From Gammaproteobacteria bacterium (GTDB lineage Bacteria > Pseudomonadota > Gammaproteobacteria > Eutrophobiales > Eutrophobiaceae): a stretch of 64,000 nucleotides of DNA. The position numbers and the translations under genes are program-made. Position 1 is the first letter of the stretch; every line of letters begins with the position of its first letter. The notes under the pieces were generated by a model. That model was not told the DNA's origin. It did not search any database and was given only the letters and a program-made list of their open reading frames with translations. This document shows, piece by piece, positions 1 through 9,197 of this stretch. The stretch is taken from assembly GCA_965243205.1 (NCBI GenBank), contig CBDEUK010000002.1, positions 1,984,001 through 2,048,000 of the forward strand, given 5' to 3'.

Positions 1-51
1 AATCAAACAGCAGATGTTCGCGCATTATCTGGCGTTCAAAACGCACTTTAA
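1..51 (+). CDS. 3' end of a small protein paralogous to 283..543 (truncated by window edge)
   Basis: Frame 1 reads NQTADVRALSGVQNAL-stop, matching the C-terminus DQTAAVRALSGVSNAL of ORF 283..543. Confidence 0.85.
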   Translation, partial: NQTADVRALSGVQNAL

Positions 52-71
52 TTTTAAATTTTAGTGTTATT

Positions 72-103
72 AAAAACCGAGGCTTTATAGTCTCGGTTTT
101 TTT
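72..103 (+). terminator. Intrinsic terminator, copy 1
   Basis: aaaaaccgaggc-tttata-gtctcggttttttt hairpin with T tract after the stop at 49..51. Confidence 0.9.
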
Positions 104-160
104 ATGGCCATTGCTTAACGACTTCAAAATATTAATAACGATCAGTTCAAAAATAGTTCC

Positions 161-222
161 ATAGCTTTTTCGAATCATAGCCATCAACAATAACAATTAG
201 AAAAATAATAGGAAAAGACTAT
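161..222 (+). promoter_or_regulatory. Possible LysR/OxyR-like operator upstream of the small secreted protein
   Basis: ATAG-N7-GAAT-N7-ATCA-N7-CAAT (161..197) and ATAG-N7-CTAT (208..222) resemble OxyR tetrad spacing; the AT-rich context weakens this. Confidence 0.3.
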
Positions 223-282
223 AGTTATCTCTAATGATTTAGGTCATTCAATTTAACTTTTAACTCTATAGGAGAAACTATT

Positions 283-543
283 ATGAAAAACTTAATTAAT
301 AATGTTGTTGTAGCCAGTGCAGTTACCTTATTCGCTGCGAATGTAAATGCAGATAGTATTCACGCTGCTATCAGTAACCAAGTAGATGTTGCTAATACTG
401 TTGTTGAAACCTCTATGAATAAAGGTGAGCCACGAGTCAGTATTCAGGATTATGTTGAAGCAGCTCGAAGTGCAGATGTTGTTCAAACATCCGATCAAAC
501 AGCAGCTGTCCGTGCATTATCTGGTGTTAGCAACGCACTTTAA
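283..543 (+). CDS. Small secreted hypothetical protein (86 aa)
   Basis: AGGAG RBS, signal-peptide-like N-terminus (..FAANVNA/D), own terminator, tandem paralog upstream. Confidence 0.85.
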   Translation: MKNLINNVVVASAVTLFAANVNADSIHAAISNQVDVANTVVETSMNKGEPRVSIQDYVEAARSADVVQTSDQTAAVRALSGVSNAL

Positions 544-562
544 TTTCAATATTAGTGTTATC

Positions 563-596
563 AAAAAAACCGAGGCTTTGTAGTCTCGGTTTTTTT
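563..596. terminator. Bidirectional intrinsic terminator, copy 2
   Basis: A7-ccgaggc-tttgta-gtctcgg-T7 between convergent genes; near-identical to 72..103. Confidence 0.9.
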
Positions 597-1284
597 ATGC
601 GGCGATTTCAAAAACAGTTTCTATCTTTTGAGTGTTTTGAGTGATGTAATTATTTTCAATATTCACACTAACGCCATGTGAGGCAGAGCTATGTTGTCCT
701 CCACACTCAGCGCAAAAATTTGGTTGTGTTTCTGGTTTAGATTCATTAAGTGGAGTTGAATTTTGAGCTGCTAACTCGGCACGAGCTTCAGCAGCCATCG
801 CTGCCGCATCTGCAGCAACCGCCCTATCTTGTTGTGAAGGTTCAGCAGGTGCTAATGCTGCACGCTGAATTTTCTGTGCCTTTTCTAAAGTAGCTTTAGG
901 ATCACCTTCAACTGGCGATGTATCAATATTAACGGAGCCACCTACAGCGTAGCGTTTGCCATCTGGACCTGTTTGAAACTCATAAGAAGGACCACCTTGA
1001 GCTAATGAACCTGCTGCTGCGGCGTGTGCTTGTTCATGAGCGCGCACTTCTCGGTCACGTTGTTTTAGTTTTTCGACTTGTTTTTTTTCTTGCTCAGTAA
1101 GCTCAGTCGATTGTTTATTGTTATTAGAGTTTTCTGATTCAAGTGTTGGATTGGTGGATAAATGGTTTTTATCAGTTGGCGACGATTCTTTAGAGTTTTC
1201 TTCTTTAGCAACCGTAGTTATCGATATTTGAGGTGTATACGGTTGGGAGGAATGCAGTTGATGACTATATGAAAAATGAATCAT
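595..1284 (-). CDS. SprA-related family protein (putative metalloprotease-like)
   Basis: Motifs DREVRAHEQAH, GPDGKRYAVGGSV and AALAPAEPSQQDRAVA. Confidence 0.85.
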   Translation of the reverse strand: MIHFSYSHQLHSSQPYTPQISITTVAKEENSKESSPTDKNHLSTNPTLESENSNNNKQSTELTEQEKKQVEKLKQRDREVRAHEQAHAAAAGSLAQGGPSYEFQTGPDGKRYAVGGSVNIDTSPVEGDPKATLEKAQKIQRAALAPAEPSQQDRAVAADAAAMAAEARAELAAQNSTPLNESKPETQPNFCAECGGQHSSASHGVSVNIENNYITQNTQKIETVFEIAA

Positions 1285-1313
1285 GCCAAAAAATTTTAAT
1301 TTAATCCTAATTC

Positions 1314-1340
1314 ATATCGACACTAATACTAAAAACTTAA
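1314..1340 (-). promoter_or_regulatory. Putative sigma-28 (FliA) promoter of the SprA-related gene
   Basis: Minus strand TTAAG-N14-GTCGATAT against consensus TAAAG-N14-GCCGATAA. Confidence 0.45.
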
Positions 1341-1436
1341 TAAAAGAAGGTTGTGTCATGGGCAAACTTTGATGCTATCTTTGAGAAAGTGATTTAGATT
1401 TATAATTAGATTTACAATACGATAAAGAGAAATTCA

Positions 1437-1823
1437 ATGAGAATGGCGAAATATTTAATCGTTTTTTTGTCTATAGTGACGAGTAAGCTATTGGCAGAAG
1501 AAGACACAAAAGACTATTTTTATATTAAACCGAGTGCATTTACGGGTGAGACTTTTCTATCAATGTCAGAGGATGATAAAGCACTTTATTTATTAGGTCT
1601 GGGTGATGGGATAAATCTCGCACCGTTTTTTAAAATAGACGAAGATAGCTTTGCCAAGTATCGTGAATGTTTTAAAGGCATGACAGGTGCTGATTTAGCA
1701 AATACTGTAACAGGGTATCTTGAGAAAAATTCAGCTCTAAAAAAAGAAGGCATTCATATAAGTTCATTTAAAGCATACACAGAATTATGTTACAAAAAAG
1801 CGAATAAAGAGTTAGCTAATTAG
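1437..1823 (+). CDS. Secreted hypothetical protein, possibly Rap1a/Tai-like fold
   Basis: Signal peptide; pattern TG..FL...YLLG..DG...C..GMT...L...V..YL..N...C. Confidence 0.55.
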   Translation: MRMAKYLIVFLSIVTSKLLAEEDTKDYFYIKPSAFTGETFLSMSEDDKALYLLGLGDGINLAPFFKIDEDSFAKYRECFKGMTGADLANTVTGYLEKNSALKKEGIHISSFKAYTELCYKKANKELAN

Positions 1824-2825
1824 CATCGCATCCCCATAACTAAAAAAACGATAACCTTGTTTTATTGCATGATTATAAGCGTTTAAAATACTTTGTTTTG
1901 ATGAAAATGCTGAGACAAGCATTAGTAATGTTGATTGTGGTAGATGAAAATTTGTAATTAAAGCATCGACTAATTTATATTCAAATCCAGGATAGATGAA
2001 GATATCAGTTTCCCCTTGGCTTGCTTGTATTTCTTTATTTTGTGCAATAGTTTCTAGTACTCTAACACTAGTAGTTCCAACAGCTATAATACGTCTGCCA
2101 GTATTTTTTGCTTGTAAAATTTTTTCAGAATTTATTGAATCAAGTTCATAACGCTCACTATGCATCTTATGGTTTGTTACGTCATCAACCCTTACTGGTT
2201 GAAAAGTCCCAGCTCCAACATGTAATGTAATGTAGGCAAAATCAATTTTTTTATTCGCCAATTCTAATAAGATTTCATCTGTAAAATGTAGACCTGCTGT
2301 TGGAGCTGCTACTGCACCTTCATGTTTCGCGTAAATGGTTTGATATCGAGATTGATCTGAAATTTCATCTGGCCTTTCTATATAGGGAGGTAGAGGTAAA
2401 TGCCCTAGCGAATCTAAAATTGGCATCAATGGTATTAAAGATTCAATGTAAAATAATTCATCCTTTCTTCCAGCTACTAATAATTTTGTATTATCACTAA
2501 GTAAGATTTCTGTTCCAGGTTTTGGAGATTTGCTGGCTTTAATATGCGCTAAAGCAGTTGACTCTGACAAAACTCGTTCAATAAGTAATTCTACTTTTCC
2601 ACCTGAAGATTTCTTACCATACAAGCGTGCTGGTATGACTTTAGTGTTATTAAATACCAATAAATCCTCTGGCATTAAAAGTTGAGTTAAATCTGAAAAT
2701 TGATGATCCGTTACGTTTCCGCTGGTTCTATCGAGGCATAATAAACGACTGTCACCGCGTTGTTCAGTGGGGTATTGTGCTATTAACTCTGGTGGTAGTT
2801 TGAAATCAAAATCCGCTGTTTTCAT
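1812..2825 (-). CDS. queA: S-adenosylmethionine:tRNA ribosyltransferase-isomerase
   Basis: MKTADFDFKLPPELIAQYP, AVAAPTAGLHF, TLHVGAGTF, RFFSYGDAM; start moved to ATG 2825 because the ORF-track extension runs through the tRNA. Confidence 0.97.
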   Translation of the reverse strand: MKTADFDFKLPPELIAQYPTEQRGDSRLLCLDRTSGNVTDHQFSDLTQLLMPEDLLVFNNTKVIPARLYGKKSSGGKVELLIERVLSESTALAHIKASKSPKPGTEILLSDNTKLLVAGRKDELFYIESLIPLMPILDSLGHLPLPPYIERPDEISDQSRYQTIYAKHEGAVAAPTAGLHFTDEILLELANKKIDFAYITLHVGAGTFQPVRVDDVTNHKMHSERYELDSINSEKILQAKNTGRRIIAVGTTSVRVLETIAQNKEIQASQGETDIFIYPGFEYKLVDALITNFHLPQSTLLMLVSAFSSKQSILNAYNHAIKQGYRFFSYGDAMLIS

Positions 2826-2920
2826 GATGGCGAATAGTAGCATAGACGATTGATTAAATTGCAATAAAGGGATTTTCCGCCTGAGTAAATTACCGTATAC
2901 TGCATCGCCTTCGCTTTCGT

Positions 2921-3007
2921 GCCGGGATGGCGGAACTGGTAGACGCGCTGGATTCAAAATCCAGTTCTGGTGACAGAGTGGGGGTTCGATTCCCCCTCCC
3001 GGTACCA
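2921..3007 (+). tRNA. tRNA-Leu(CAA)
   Basis: 87-nt cloverleaf: acceptor GCCGGGA/TCCCGGT, anticodon arm CTGGA-TTCAAAA-TCCAG, long variable arm, GGTTCGATTCC, encoded CCA. Confidence 0.97.
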
Positions 3008-3132
3008 AATCAACATATTTAGCCACAATTAAACCAATCAGATACGACTAATTGCTCTGTGAGCCTATAATTTTTTTGCTAAGCTATAAACTAAAAAAAT
3101 TATAAACATTTTGACACATGGAGGCATGAAAG

Positions 3133-5934
3133 ATGGCAGAAGAGCAATCATGGCAAATCTGTGAATTCCTACTAAACATCTTAAATTGTATCGATGATGC
3201 TTTTTATATAAAAGATCTACAAGGAACATACCTTTATGTAAATCAAAGTTCAGCTAAGCTAATAGGTAAACCTGTCGATAAAATTATTGGATTCGAAGAT
3301 TCAGAAATATTTAATTCAACAGCACTTGCTCAAATAAGAGCACTTGATAATAAAGTTTTATCAACCAAAGAATCTGTTCGTGTAGAAACACATTATAAAA
3401 TACACAAAGCAGAACATTATTTCCAAACATTACTTTCTCCTGCATATTCAAAAGATAATGAAATAGTTGGAATACTTGGAATTTCCAGAGATATCACAGA
3501 GTATAAAGATCTCATACATGAAGTAGAAAAAAGTAGAGAAGAATTAAATATAATACTTAATAATTCTGCGGATGCGATCTATCGTAAAGATTTACTTGGC
3601 CGTTATGTATTCATTAATCCTGCCGCTGCTCAAATGATGAATAAAGAGCAGTCTGAAATATTACATCATACTGATCTTGAATTGTTTGGTGATAGTGTTA
3701 ATAAAAAAATCAGGAAAGCTGACAGAGATGTTTTAGATTCTAAGACACCAATCAATTTTACTACTCAATATATAGATGGAAGTCATCAGGAATGGTTTAA
3801 CGTTTCGTTAAGTCCAGCTTTTGGTGGCCATAATAAAACACTCGGCGTTATTGGAATATCCAAAAATATTACTGAGCAAAAAAGACTTGAGATGGAATTA
3901 CGTCAAAGCAACGAGCAAATGTTGACAATCCTTGAAAGCACTAGCGACGCAATCTATGCAAAAGATTTAAACGGAAAATATTTGTTTGTAAATAGTGCTT
4001 GTGAAACATTTACGGGAAAAAAGTCACAAGAAATTGTTGGTAAAACAGATGAAGAAATTTTTGATTCTATTACTTGTGAGACTATAAAAGCATTTGATAA
4101 AAAAGTAATAGAAACTAATCAAACAGTGGTGACAGATCAATGTTTTGGTGAAACAGGCCATGAATCTTGGTTTCATTCAACAATTTCACCTGCTTATTCA
4201 CCAGATGGTAAGTTAATCGGTGTTATTGGTAACTCAAGAAATATGACGGATTATCAGCTTACGCAAGAAAAATTATGGCAAAGCGAGTCGCGTTATTATT
4301 CCTTGTATCATGATACGCCTGCTATATTTCTTACCTTAGATTCTGCTGGAGTTGTGATTGAAGCGAATGCCTACGGAGCAAGTAAACTAGGGTATGACTT
4401 AGAAGAGATAAAAAATATTTCAATTTACCAAATCATTCCTCCTGAAGATAAGAATTCATTTAAACGTGATTTACAGACCGCATTAGATAATCCTGGAACA
4501 TTATATCAAGCAGAAAGGCGTTATGTTTCAAAAGATGGGAAAATTATATGGGGTAAAGACTTTGTCAGAGTTGTTTATGATCAGCATGGAAACGCGAGCA
4601 TCCCAATATTATCTGAGAATATTACTGAAGCTAAAGAACTTCATACTGAATTAAACTTCAGAGATACACATGACACACTCACTGGTTATTTAAATTTAGA
4701 TGGTTTCAATACTGAACTACAAAGAGCGATAGAGTTTTGTAAGAATGACAGTATATCGCATGTTTTATATGCTATAGAGATTGATAATTTTAAATTAGTT
4801 AATGATGCATTAGGACATGATGCAGGTGATAAGCTACTCATAATAATGAGTCAATTATTAACTAGCTTGATTCGTGATAGAGATATTCCAGGAAGGCTTG
4901 GTGGTGATGAGTTTATAGTGTTAATGGAAAATACAACCTCAGTTGAAGCAGAATCATTTATAGAATCTATTTTAGGTATGTTAGGAAATTATAAATTCGA
5001 ACATAAAGATAAAATATTTAATATTTCAGTAAATATTGGTGTTCTATTAATCAATAGTGATATGGAAAACGTTACTTCGGCGATTAATAAAGTAAGACAT
5101 GCTGTTTTTTCCGCTAAAAATCTTGGTAAAGATAGAATTCATTTTTATGATCAAGAAGATGGTGAAATAAAATCACGACGGGAAGAACTAGAAACAATTT
5201 CTAATATTAATAATGCTTTAGAAAATGATTATTTTGAATTACATGCACAAAAAATTTATTCATTGAAATCTGATAGAGAACTTCCATTTTATGAAATCTT
5301 AATAAGAATGAAAAATGAATCAGGGAAGCTCATTTCGCCAGGAAAATTTTTGCCGATATTGGAACATAATTATCTTGTCTATCAATTAGATTCATGGGTG
5401 ATTAGTCATACTTTTAATTGGATATATACTCATCAACAAGTATTGGAACAAGTTAGTCATTTTTCAATTAATATTTCTGGGCAATCTCTTTCTAATGAAA
5501 GCTTATTAGATCTGATTATTAATTTATTCATTAAATATAGAATACCCTATGAAAAAATTTGTTTTGAAATAACAGAAACAGCAGCTGTTTCAAATATGAC
5601 GAATGCCCTCCAATTTATTAATACTTTAAGAAGACATGGTTGTTTTATTGCCTTAGATGATTTTGGTGCTGGACTTTCTTCTTTTCGTTATTTAAGAGAT
5701 ATCCCTGTTGATTATGTAAAAATAGATGGGGCATTTATCAAGAATATTACAAATAACTATTCTGACTATATGTTAACTCAAGGAATTCATAGCTTAGTTA
5801 AAGATATGGGGATGCGCACCATTGCCGAATTCGTTGAAAATAATGATATTTTAAATTCAATTAATAAAATTGGTATTCATTATGCTCAAGGTTATCATAT
5901 CCATGTGCCTGAAAAATTAGATACGATTTTTTAA
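3133..5934 (+). CDS. Multi-PAS diguanylate cyclase/phosphodiesterase (PASx4-GGDEF-EAL)
   Basis: Repeated PAS starts (DAFYIKDLQG, DAIYRKDLLG, DAIYAKDLNG), RLGGDEF, YEILIRM, EITET, DDFGAGLSS, KIDG. Confidence 0.92.
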   Translation: MAEEQSWQICEFLLNILNCIDDAFYIKDLQGTYLYVNQSSAKLIGKPVDKIIGFEDSEIFNSTALAQIRALDNKVLSTKESVRVETHYKIHKAEHYFQTLLSPAYSKDNEIVGILGISRDITEYKDLIHEVEKSREELNIILNNSADAIYRKDLLGRYVFINPAAAQMMNKEQSEILHHTDLELFGDSVNKKIRKADRDVLDSKTPINFTTQYIDGSHQEWFNVSLSPAFGGHNKTLGVIGISKNITEQKRLEMELRQSNEQMLTILESTSDAIYAKDLNGKYLFVNSACETFTGKKSQEIVGKTDEEIFDSITCETIKAFDKKVIETNQTVVTDQCFGETGHESWFHSTISPAYSPDGKLIGVIGNSRNMTDYQLTQEKLWQSESRYYSLYHDTPAIFLTLDSAGVVIEANAYGASKLGYDLEEIKNISIYQIIPPEDKNSFKRDLQTALDNPGTLYQAERRYVSKDGKIIWGKDFVRVVYDQHGNASIPILSENITEAKELHTELNFRDTHDTLTGYLNLDGFNTELQRAIEFCKNDSISHVLYAIEIDNFKLVNDALGHDAGDKLLIIMSQLLTSLIRDRDIPGRLGGDEFIVLMENTTSVEAESFIESILGMLGNYKFEHKDKIFNISVNIGVLLINSDMENVTSAINKVRHAVFSAKNLGKDRIHFYDQEDGEIKSRREELETISNINNALENDYFELHAQKIYSLKSDRELPFYEILIRMKNESGKLISPGKFLPILEHNYLVYQLDSWVISHTFNWIYTHQQVLEQVSHFSINISGQSLSNESLLDLIINLFIKYRIPYEKICFEITETAAVSNMTNALQFINTLRRHGCFIALDDFGAGLSSFRYLRDIPVDYVKIDGAFIKNITNNYSDYMLTQGIHSLVKDMGMRTIAEFVENNDILNSINKIGIHYAQGYHIHVPEKLDTIF

Positions 5935-5957
5935 CTTTTTATACTATTTAGTAAAGT

Positions 5958-6422
5958 TTAATAGTTGTATAAAGAAGATAGTACTCGCCAATCATTTTGC
6001 TCAATAATCACATTCCAACGCCCTGCAGCTAGCTCAGCAAATTCTGAGCTATAAATTGTAGGTGTATTTTTTTTCATGACTAGAGTTTGATCGTAACCTT
6101 GTTGAGTAGCATGAGATAGAGTAACGGTCAGTGAATCTGGATAGATAAAATTTTCATTGGCTAATAACCTTAACTGTAAGATCTTATCTGATTTAGTTAT
6201 TTGGGCTGAGAGTCCATAGAGGTTTGCTTTATTATTTTTTTCTAGGCGTTTATTAATAGCTAAACCTTGTTTGTAATAATCATCAACGACTAAGCCATCG
6301 TAAGAAACTACAGCAAGATATAACGTATAGACTCCGGCTAATATTGCAGAGGCTGGCAAACTGATAATGAACCAGACAAATGGTTCTTTATACCAAGGTC
6401 GTAATGTTTCATTCATATTCAT
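5958..6422 (-). CDS. ccoH: cbb3 oxidase accessory protein FixH/CcoH
   Basis: PWYKEPFVW and LVVDDYYKQGLAIN; follows ccoG. Confidence 0.9.
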   Translation of the reverse strand: MNMNETLRPWYKEPFVWFIISLPASAILAGVYTLYLAVVSYDGLVVDDYYKQGLAINKRLEKNNKANLYGLSAQITKSDKILQLRLLANENFIYPDSLTVTLSHATQQGYDQTLVMKKNTPTIYSSEFAELAAGRWNVIIEQNDWRVLSSLYNY

Positions 6423-7807
6423 TATTGTGGTCCTATAAATTTTGCATCTTGAGTAATGGTGAGTTTTGCATCATCTTTAGCAGTTAAAGTAAACAAAACC
6501 TCAGTGCTTCGTTTAGATAGATTTTCTTCGCTTGCGCGTAAAAGAACAGGTATATCTACTACTTCACCAGAGGTTGCAAAAATATTTTTAGTATCTTGTA
6601 TCAGTTTTAAATCATTAATTCCAGAAACACTGATAGTATAAGAATGATCATGAACGTCTTTGTTGAGAACTTTTAATGTGTAAACATTTTCTATAAGACC
6701 TTTTGTCTCGCGAAATAATTGATTGCGATCTCTAATTACATCAAGCCCTATAGGATTTCGATTTAATAACATAAAACTAAACAGGCTGATTAATATAATT
6801 AATATAAGAAAATATATAATGATGCGTGGACGAATGATTTTGGAAGTTTTGCCTTCTATTTGATTTTGTGTGCTATATCGAATCAAGCCTTTTTCATAAC
6901 CTACCTTTTCCATAACGTCATCGCACACATCAATACATGATGAACAGCTTATGCATTCATATTGTAAGCCCTCACGAATATCGATTCCGGTAGGGCAAAC
7001 TTGTACACATAGAGTACAGTCAACACAATCACCTAGACCTTGTTTACGATGATCTATATCTTTTTTGCGCGAGCCTCTAGGTTCACCTCGACGTTCATCA
7101 TAAGTGACGATCAATGTGTCATCATCAAACATAGCACTCTGAAAGCGTGCATATGGACACATGTATTTGCAGACTTGTTCACGCATCCAACCCGCGTTGC
7201 CATAAGTTGCAAAACCATAAAATAAAATCCAAAAAATCTCCCAGTTCCCTAATTGAAAATATTGAGTTTTGTTAACTAATTCGTATGCGGGAGTAAAATA
7301 AGCAACAAAAGTAAAACCTGTTATTAAAGAGAATAATAACCATAAAAAATGTTTGGTTGTTTTAATGCGAAACTTGCTAAAAGACATGGGTGCTTTGTCT
7401 AGCTTCATTTGTTTATTACGATCACCTTCAACTAAACGTTCCATCCATAAAAATGTTTCAGTCCAGACCGTTTGCGGGCATGCATAACCACACCATAATC
7501 TGCCGGCTAATGCAGTGAAGAAAAATAAACTAAAAGCACATATCATTAATAGAAACGTAAGAAAAAGAAAATCTTGTGGCCAAAACACAATGCCAAAGAT
7601 ATAGAATTTTCTAGCTGGCAAATCAAATAAAATAAGTTGTTGTTCGTTCCAACTTAGCCAAGGAAAGATATAAAACATGCCAAGCAAAACGAGAACTGAT
7701 AATACTCTAAGGTTAGCAAACAATCCGTGAACTTGTCTTGGATAGACTTTTTGATGTTTTTCGTAGAGTAACTCGTTAATGTCTTGGCTTTCAGTTATTT
7801 GATTCAT
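6422..7807 (-). CDS. ccoG: cbb3 oxidase accessory 4Fe-4S membrane protein
   Basis: GRLWCGYACPQT, CKYMCPYARFQ, CVDCTLCVQVCPTGIDIR. Confidence 0.96.
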   Translation of the reverse strand: MNQITESQDINELLYEKHQKVYPRQVHGLFANLRVLSVLVLLGMFYIFPWLSWNEQQLILFDLPARKFYIFGIVFWPQDFLFLTFLLMICAFSLFFFTALAGRLWCGYACPQTVWTETFLWMERLVEGDRNKQMKLDKAPMSFSKFRIKTTKHFLWLLFSLITGFTFVAYFTPAYELVNKTQYFQLGNWEIFWILFYGFATYGNAGWMREQVCKYMCPYARFQSAMFDDDTLIVTYDERRGEPRGSRKKDIDHRKQGLGDCVDCTLCVQVCPTGIDIREGLQYECISCSSCIDVCDDVMEKVGYEKGLIRYSTQNQIEGKTSKIIRPRIIIYFLILIILISLFSFMLLNRNPIGLDVIRDRNQLFRETKGLIENVYTLKVLNKDVHDHSYTISVSGINDLKLIQDTKNIFATSGEVVDIPVLLRASEENLSKRSTEVLFTLTAKDDAKLTITQDAKFIGPQ

Positions 7808-7837
7808 CTTTATTAATTTATTGATGTGGTATGTTGG

Positions 7838-8092
7838 TTATTTAGATTTTAAAAATAAATAGCTGATATAAGCACTGCTGAAAGAAAAAGACCAGAGTAC
7901 AAAAAAACCGATGCTATATATCGTAGTTCTATCGTAATTAAGTACACCAACTGACTCGCTCAGTATCTCTGGATCAATAAGACTGAATGATATGCCTGTT
8001 GCGATAATGGAAAGTAGAAACGATATCCATAAAATAATGGATATCGTTTGCCATTTGTTAGGAGAGTTTTTTAATTTTGCTATAATTAACAT
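7838..8092 (-). CDS. Small two-helix membrane protein within the cco operon
   Basis: ILWISFL...FSLIDP and TIYSIGFFVLW; 4-nt gap after ccoP. Confidence 0.75.
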   Translation of the reverse strand: MLIIAKLKNSPNKWQTISIILWISFLLSIIATGISFSLIDPEILSESVGVLNYDRTTIYSIGFFVLWSFSFSSAYISYLFLKSK

Positions 8093-8096
8093 TTAG

Positions 8097-9020
8097 TTAT
8101 TCTGCCGAGTCATTTGCATTGATCGCAAAACCATATATATAAGCAGCTAATAAATGCACTTTGTCTTCACCTAAGAAATCGGCGTGTGGAGGCATATTAC
8201 CATTACGTCCTATTTCTATAGACTCATGAATCTTTTGATTAGAACCACCGTATAACCAAATGTCATCGGTTAGGTTTGGCGCACCAATTTGTTGATTACC
8301 TTTACCATCAGCAGCATGACAAGCAACGCAGTTGGTTTCATAGATAGTTTTGCCTGCTGCTGCTACGTCGGGTTCAACTTCTCTTCCCGCAAGTTGTTTA
8401 ACATAGGCTGCAACATTAAAAACATTTTCATAGCCAAGTATCTCGCCCCAAGCTGGCATAACGCCATTTCGTCCATGCATAATAGTTGTCTTAATTTGTT
8501 CAGGGTCTTTGCCATAAAGCCAATCATTATCTCTTAAGTTGGGATAACCGCGTGCGCCACGTGCATCAGAACCATGACAAGTAGTACAGTAAGTTGAGAA
8601 TAATCGTGCGCCTATCGTTAATGCTTGTTCATCATTAACTAAGCTTGCAATATCTTGTGATGCATACTTTGCATAGATAGGACCGTATTTTTCATCCGCT
8701 TGTTTAATTTCAGCGTTATATTGTTCTATGTTGCTTGATTTTAATAAACCTTCATAAGCTCCAAGTCCAGGAAAAAAAATTAAATAACCTAAGCCCCAGA
8801 CACAGGTGATATAAAACATATTTAACCACCATTTAGGCAAAGGATTATTATATTCTTCAAGATTGCCGTCCCAGACATGACCCATGGTTTCAACTTTATC
8901 ATCCTTTGATGATTTTTTTCTATGTGACAATACCCAGGCCAAGTACATTACACAGAGAATACCTATGATAGTAATAATCCCGATAACCCAGCTAAATAAT
9001 GGGTGAGTGAAATCAGCCAT
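8097..9020 (-). CDS. ccoP: cbb3 cytochrome c oxidase subunit III
   Basis: GHVWDG..EEYNNPLPKWW; two CxxCH motifs (CTTCH, CVACH). Confidence 0.97.
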   Translation of the reverse strand: MADFTHPLFSWVIGIITIIGILCVMYLAWVLSHRKKSSKDDKVETMGHVWDGNLEEYNNPLPKWWLNMFYITCVWGLGYLIFFPGLGAYEGLLKSSNIEQYNAEIKQADEKYGPIYAKYASQDIASLVNDEQALTIGARLFSTYCTTCHGSDARGARGYPNLRDNDWLYGKDPEQIKTTIMHGRNGVMPAWGEILGYENVFNVAAYVKQLAGREVEPDVAAAGKTIYETNCVACHAADGKGNQQIGAPNLTDDIWLYGGSNQKIHESIEIGRNGNMPPHADFLGEDKVHLLAAYIYGFAINANDSAE

Positions 9021-9183
9021 GGTTTATCTCCTGTGTATTGTCTGAATGATTATCAGATTCTTCTGTAAATGGAATGCGTGCTGCAGCGTCTAAATCTTTT
9101 TTATTAGCAAAAATTGCATACAGAATGACACCAATAAAAAATACAAATACCAACACAGTCCAAAGTGATAATAAAATACTCAT
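9013..9183 (-). CDS. ccoQ: cbb3 oxidase subunit IV (56 aa; absent from the ORF track)
   Basis: Manual translation MSILLSLWTVLVFVFFIGVILYAIFANKKDLDAAARIPFTEESDNHSDNTQEINHG, between ccoO and ccoP, with a GAGGGG RBS. Confidence 0.9.
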   Translation of the reverse strand: MSILLSLWTVLVFVFFIGVILYAIFANKKDLDAAARIPFTEESDNHSDNTQEINHG

Positions 9184-9197
9184 AAGCTTCCCCTCAT

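Noticed and set aside
2826-3026. N-terminal extension of queA in the ORF track
   Set aside because: It is the antisense of tRNA-Leu; QueA homology begins at MKTADFDF (2825).
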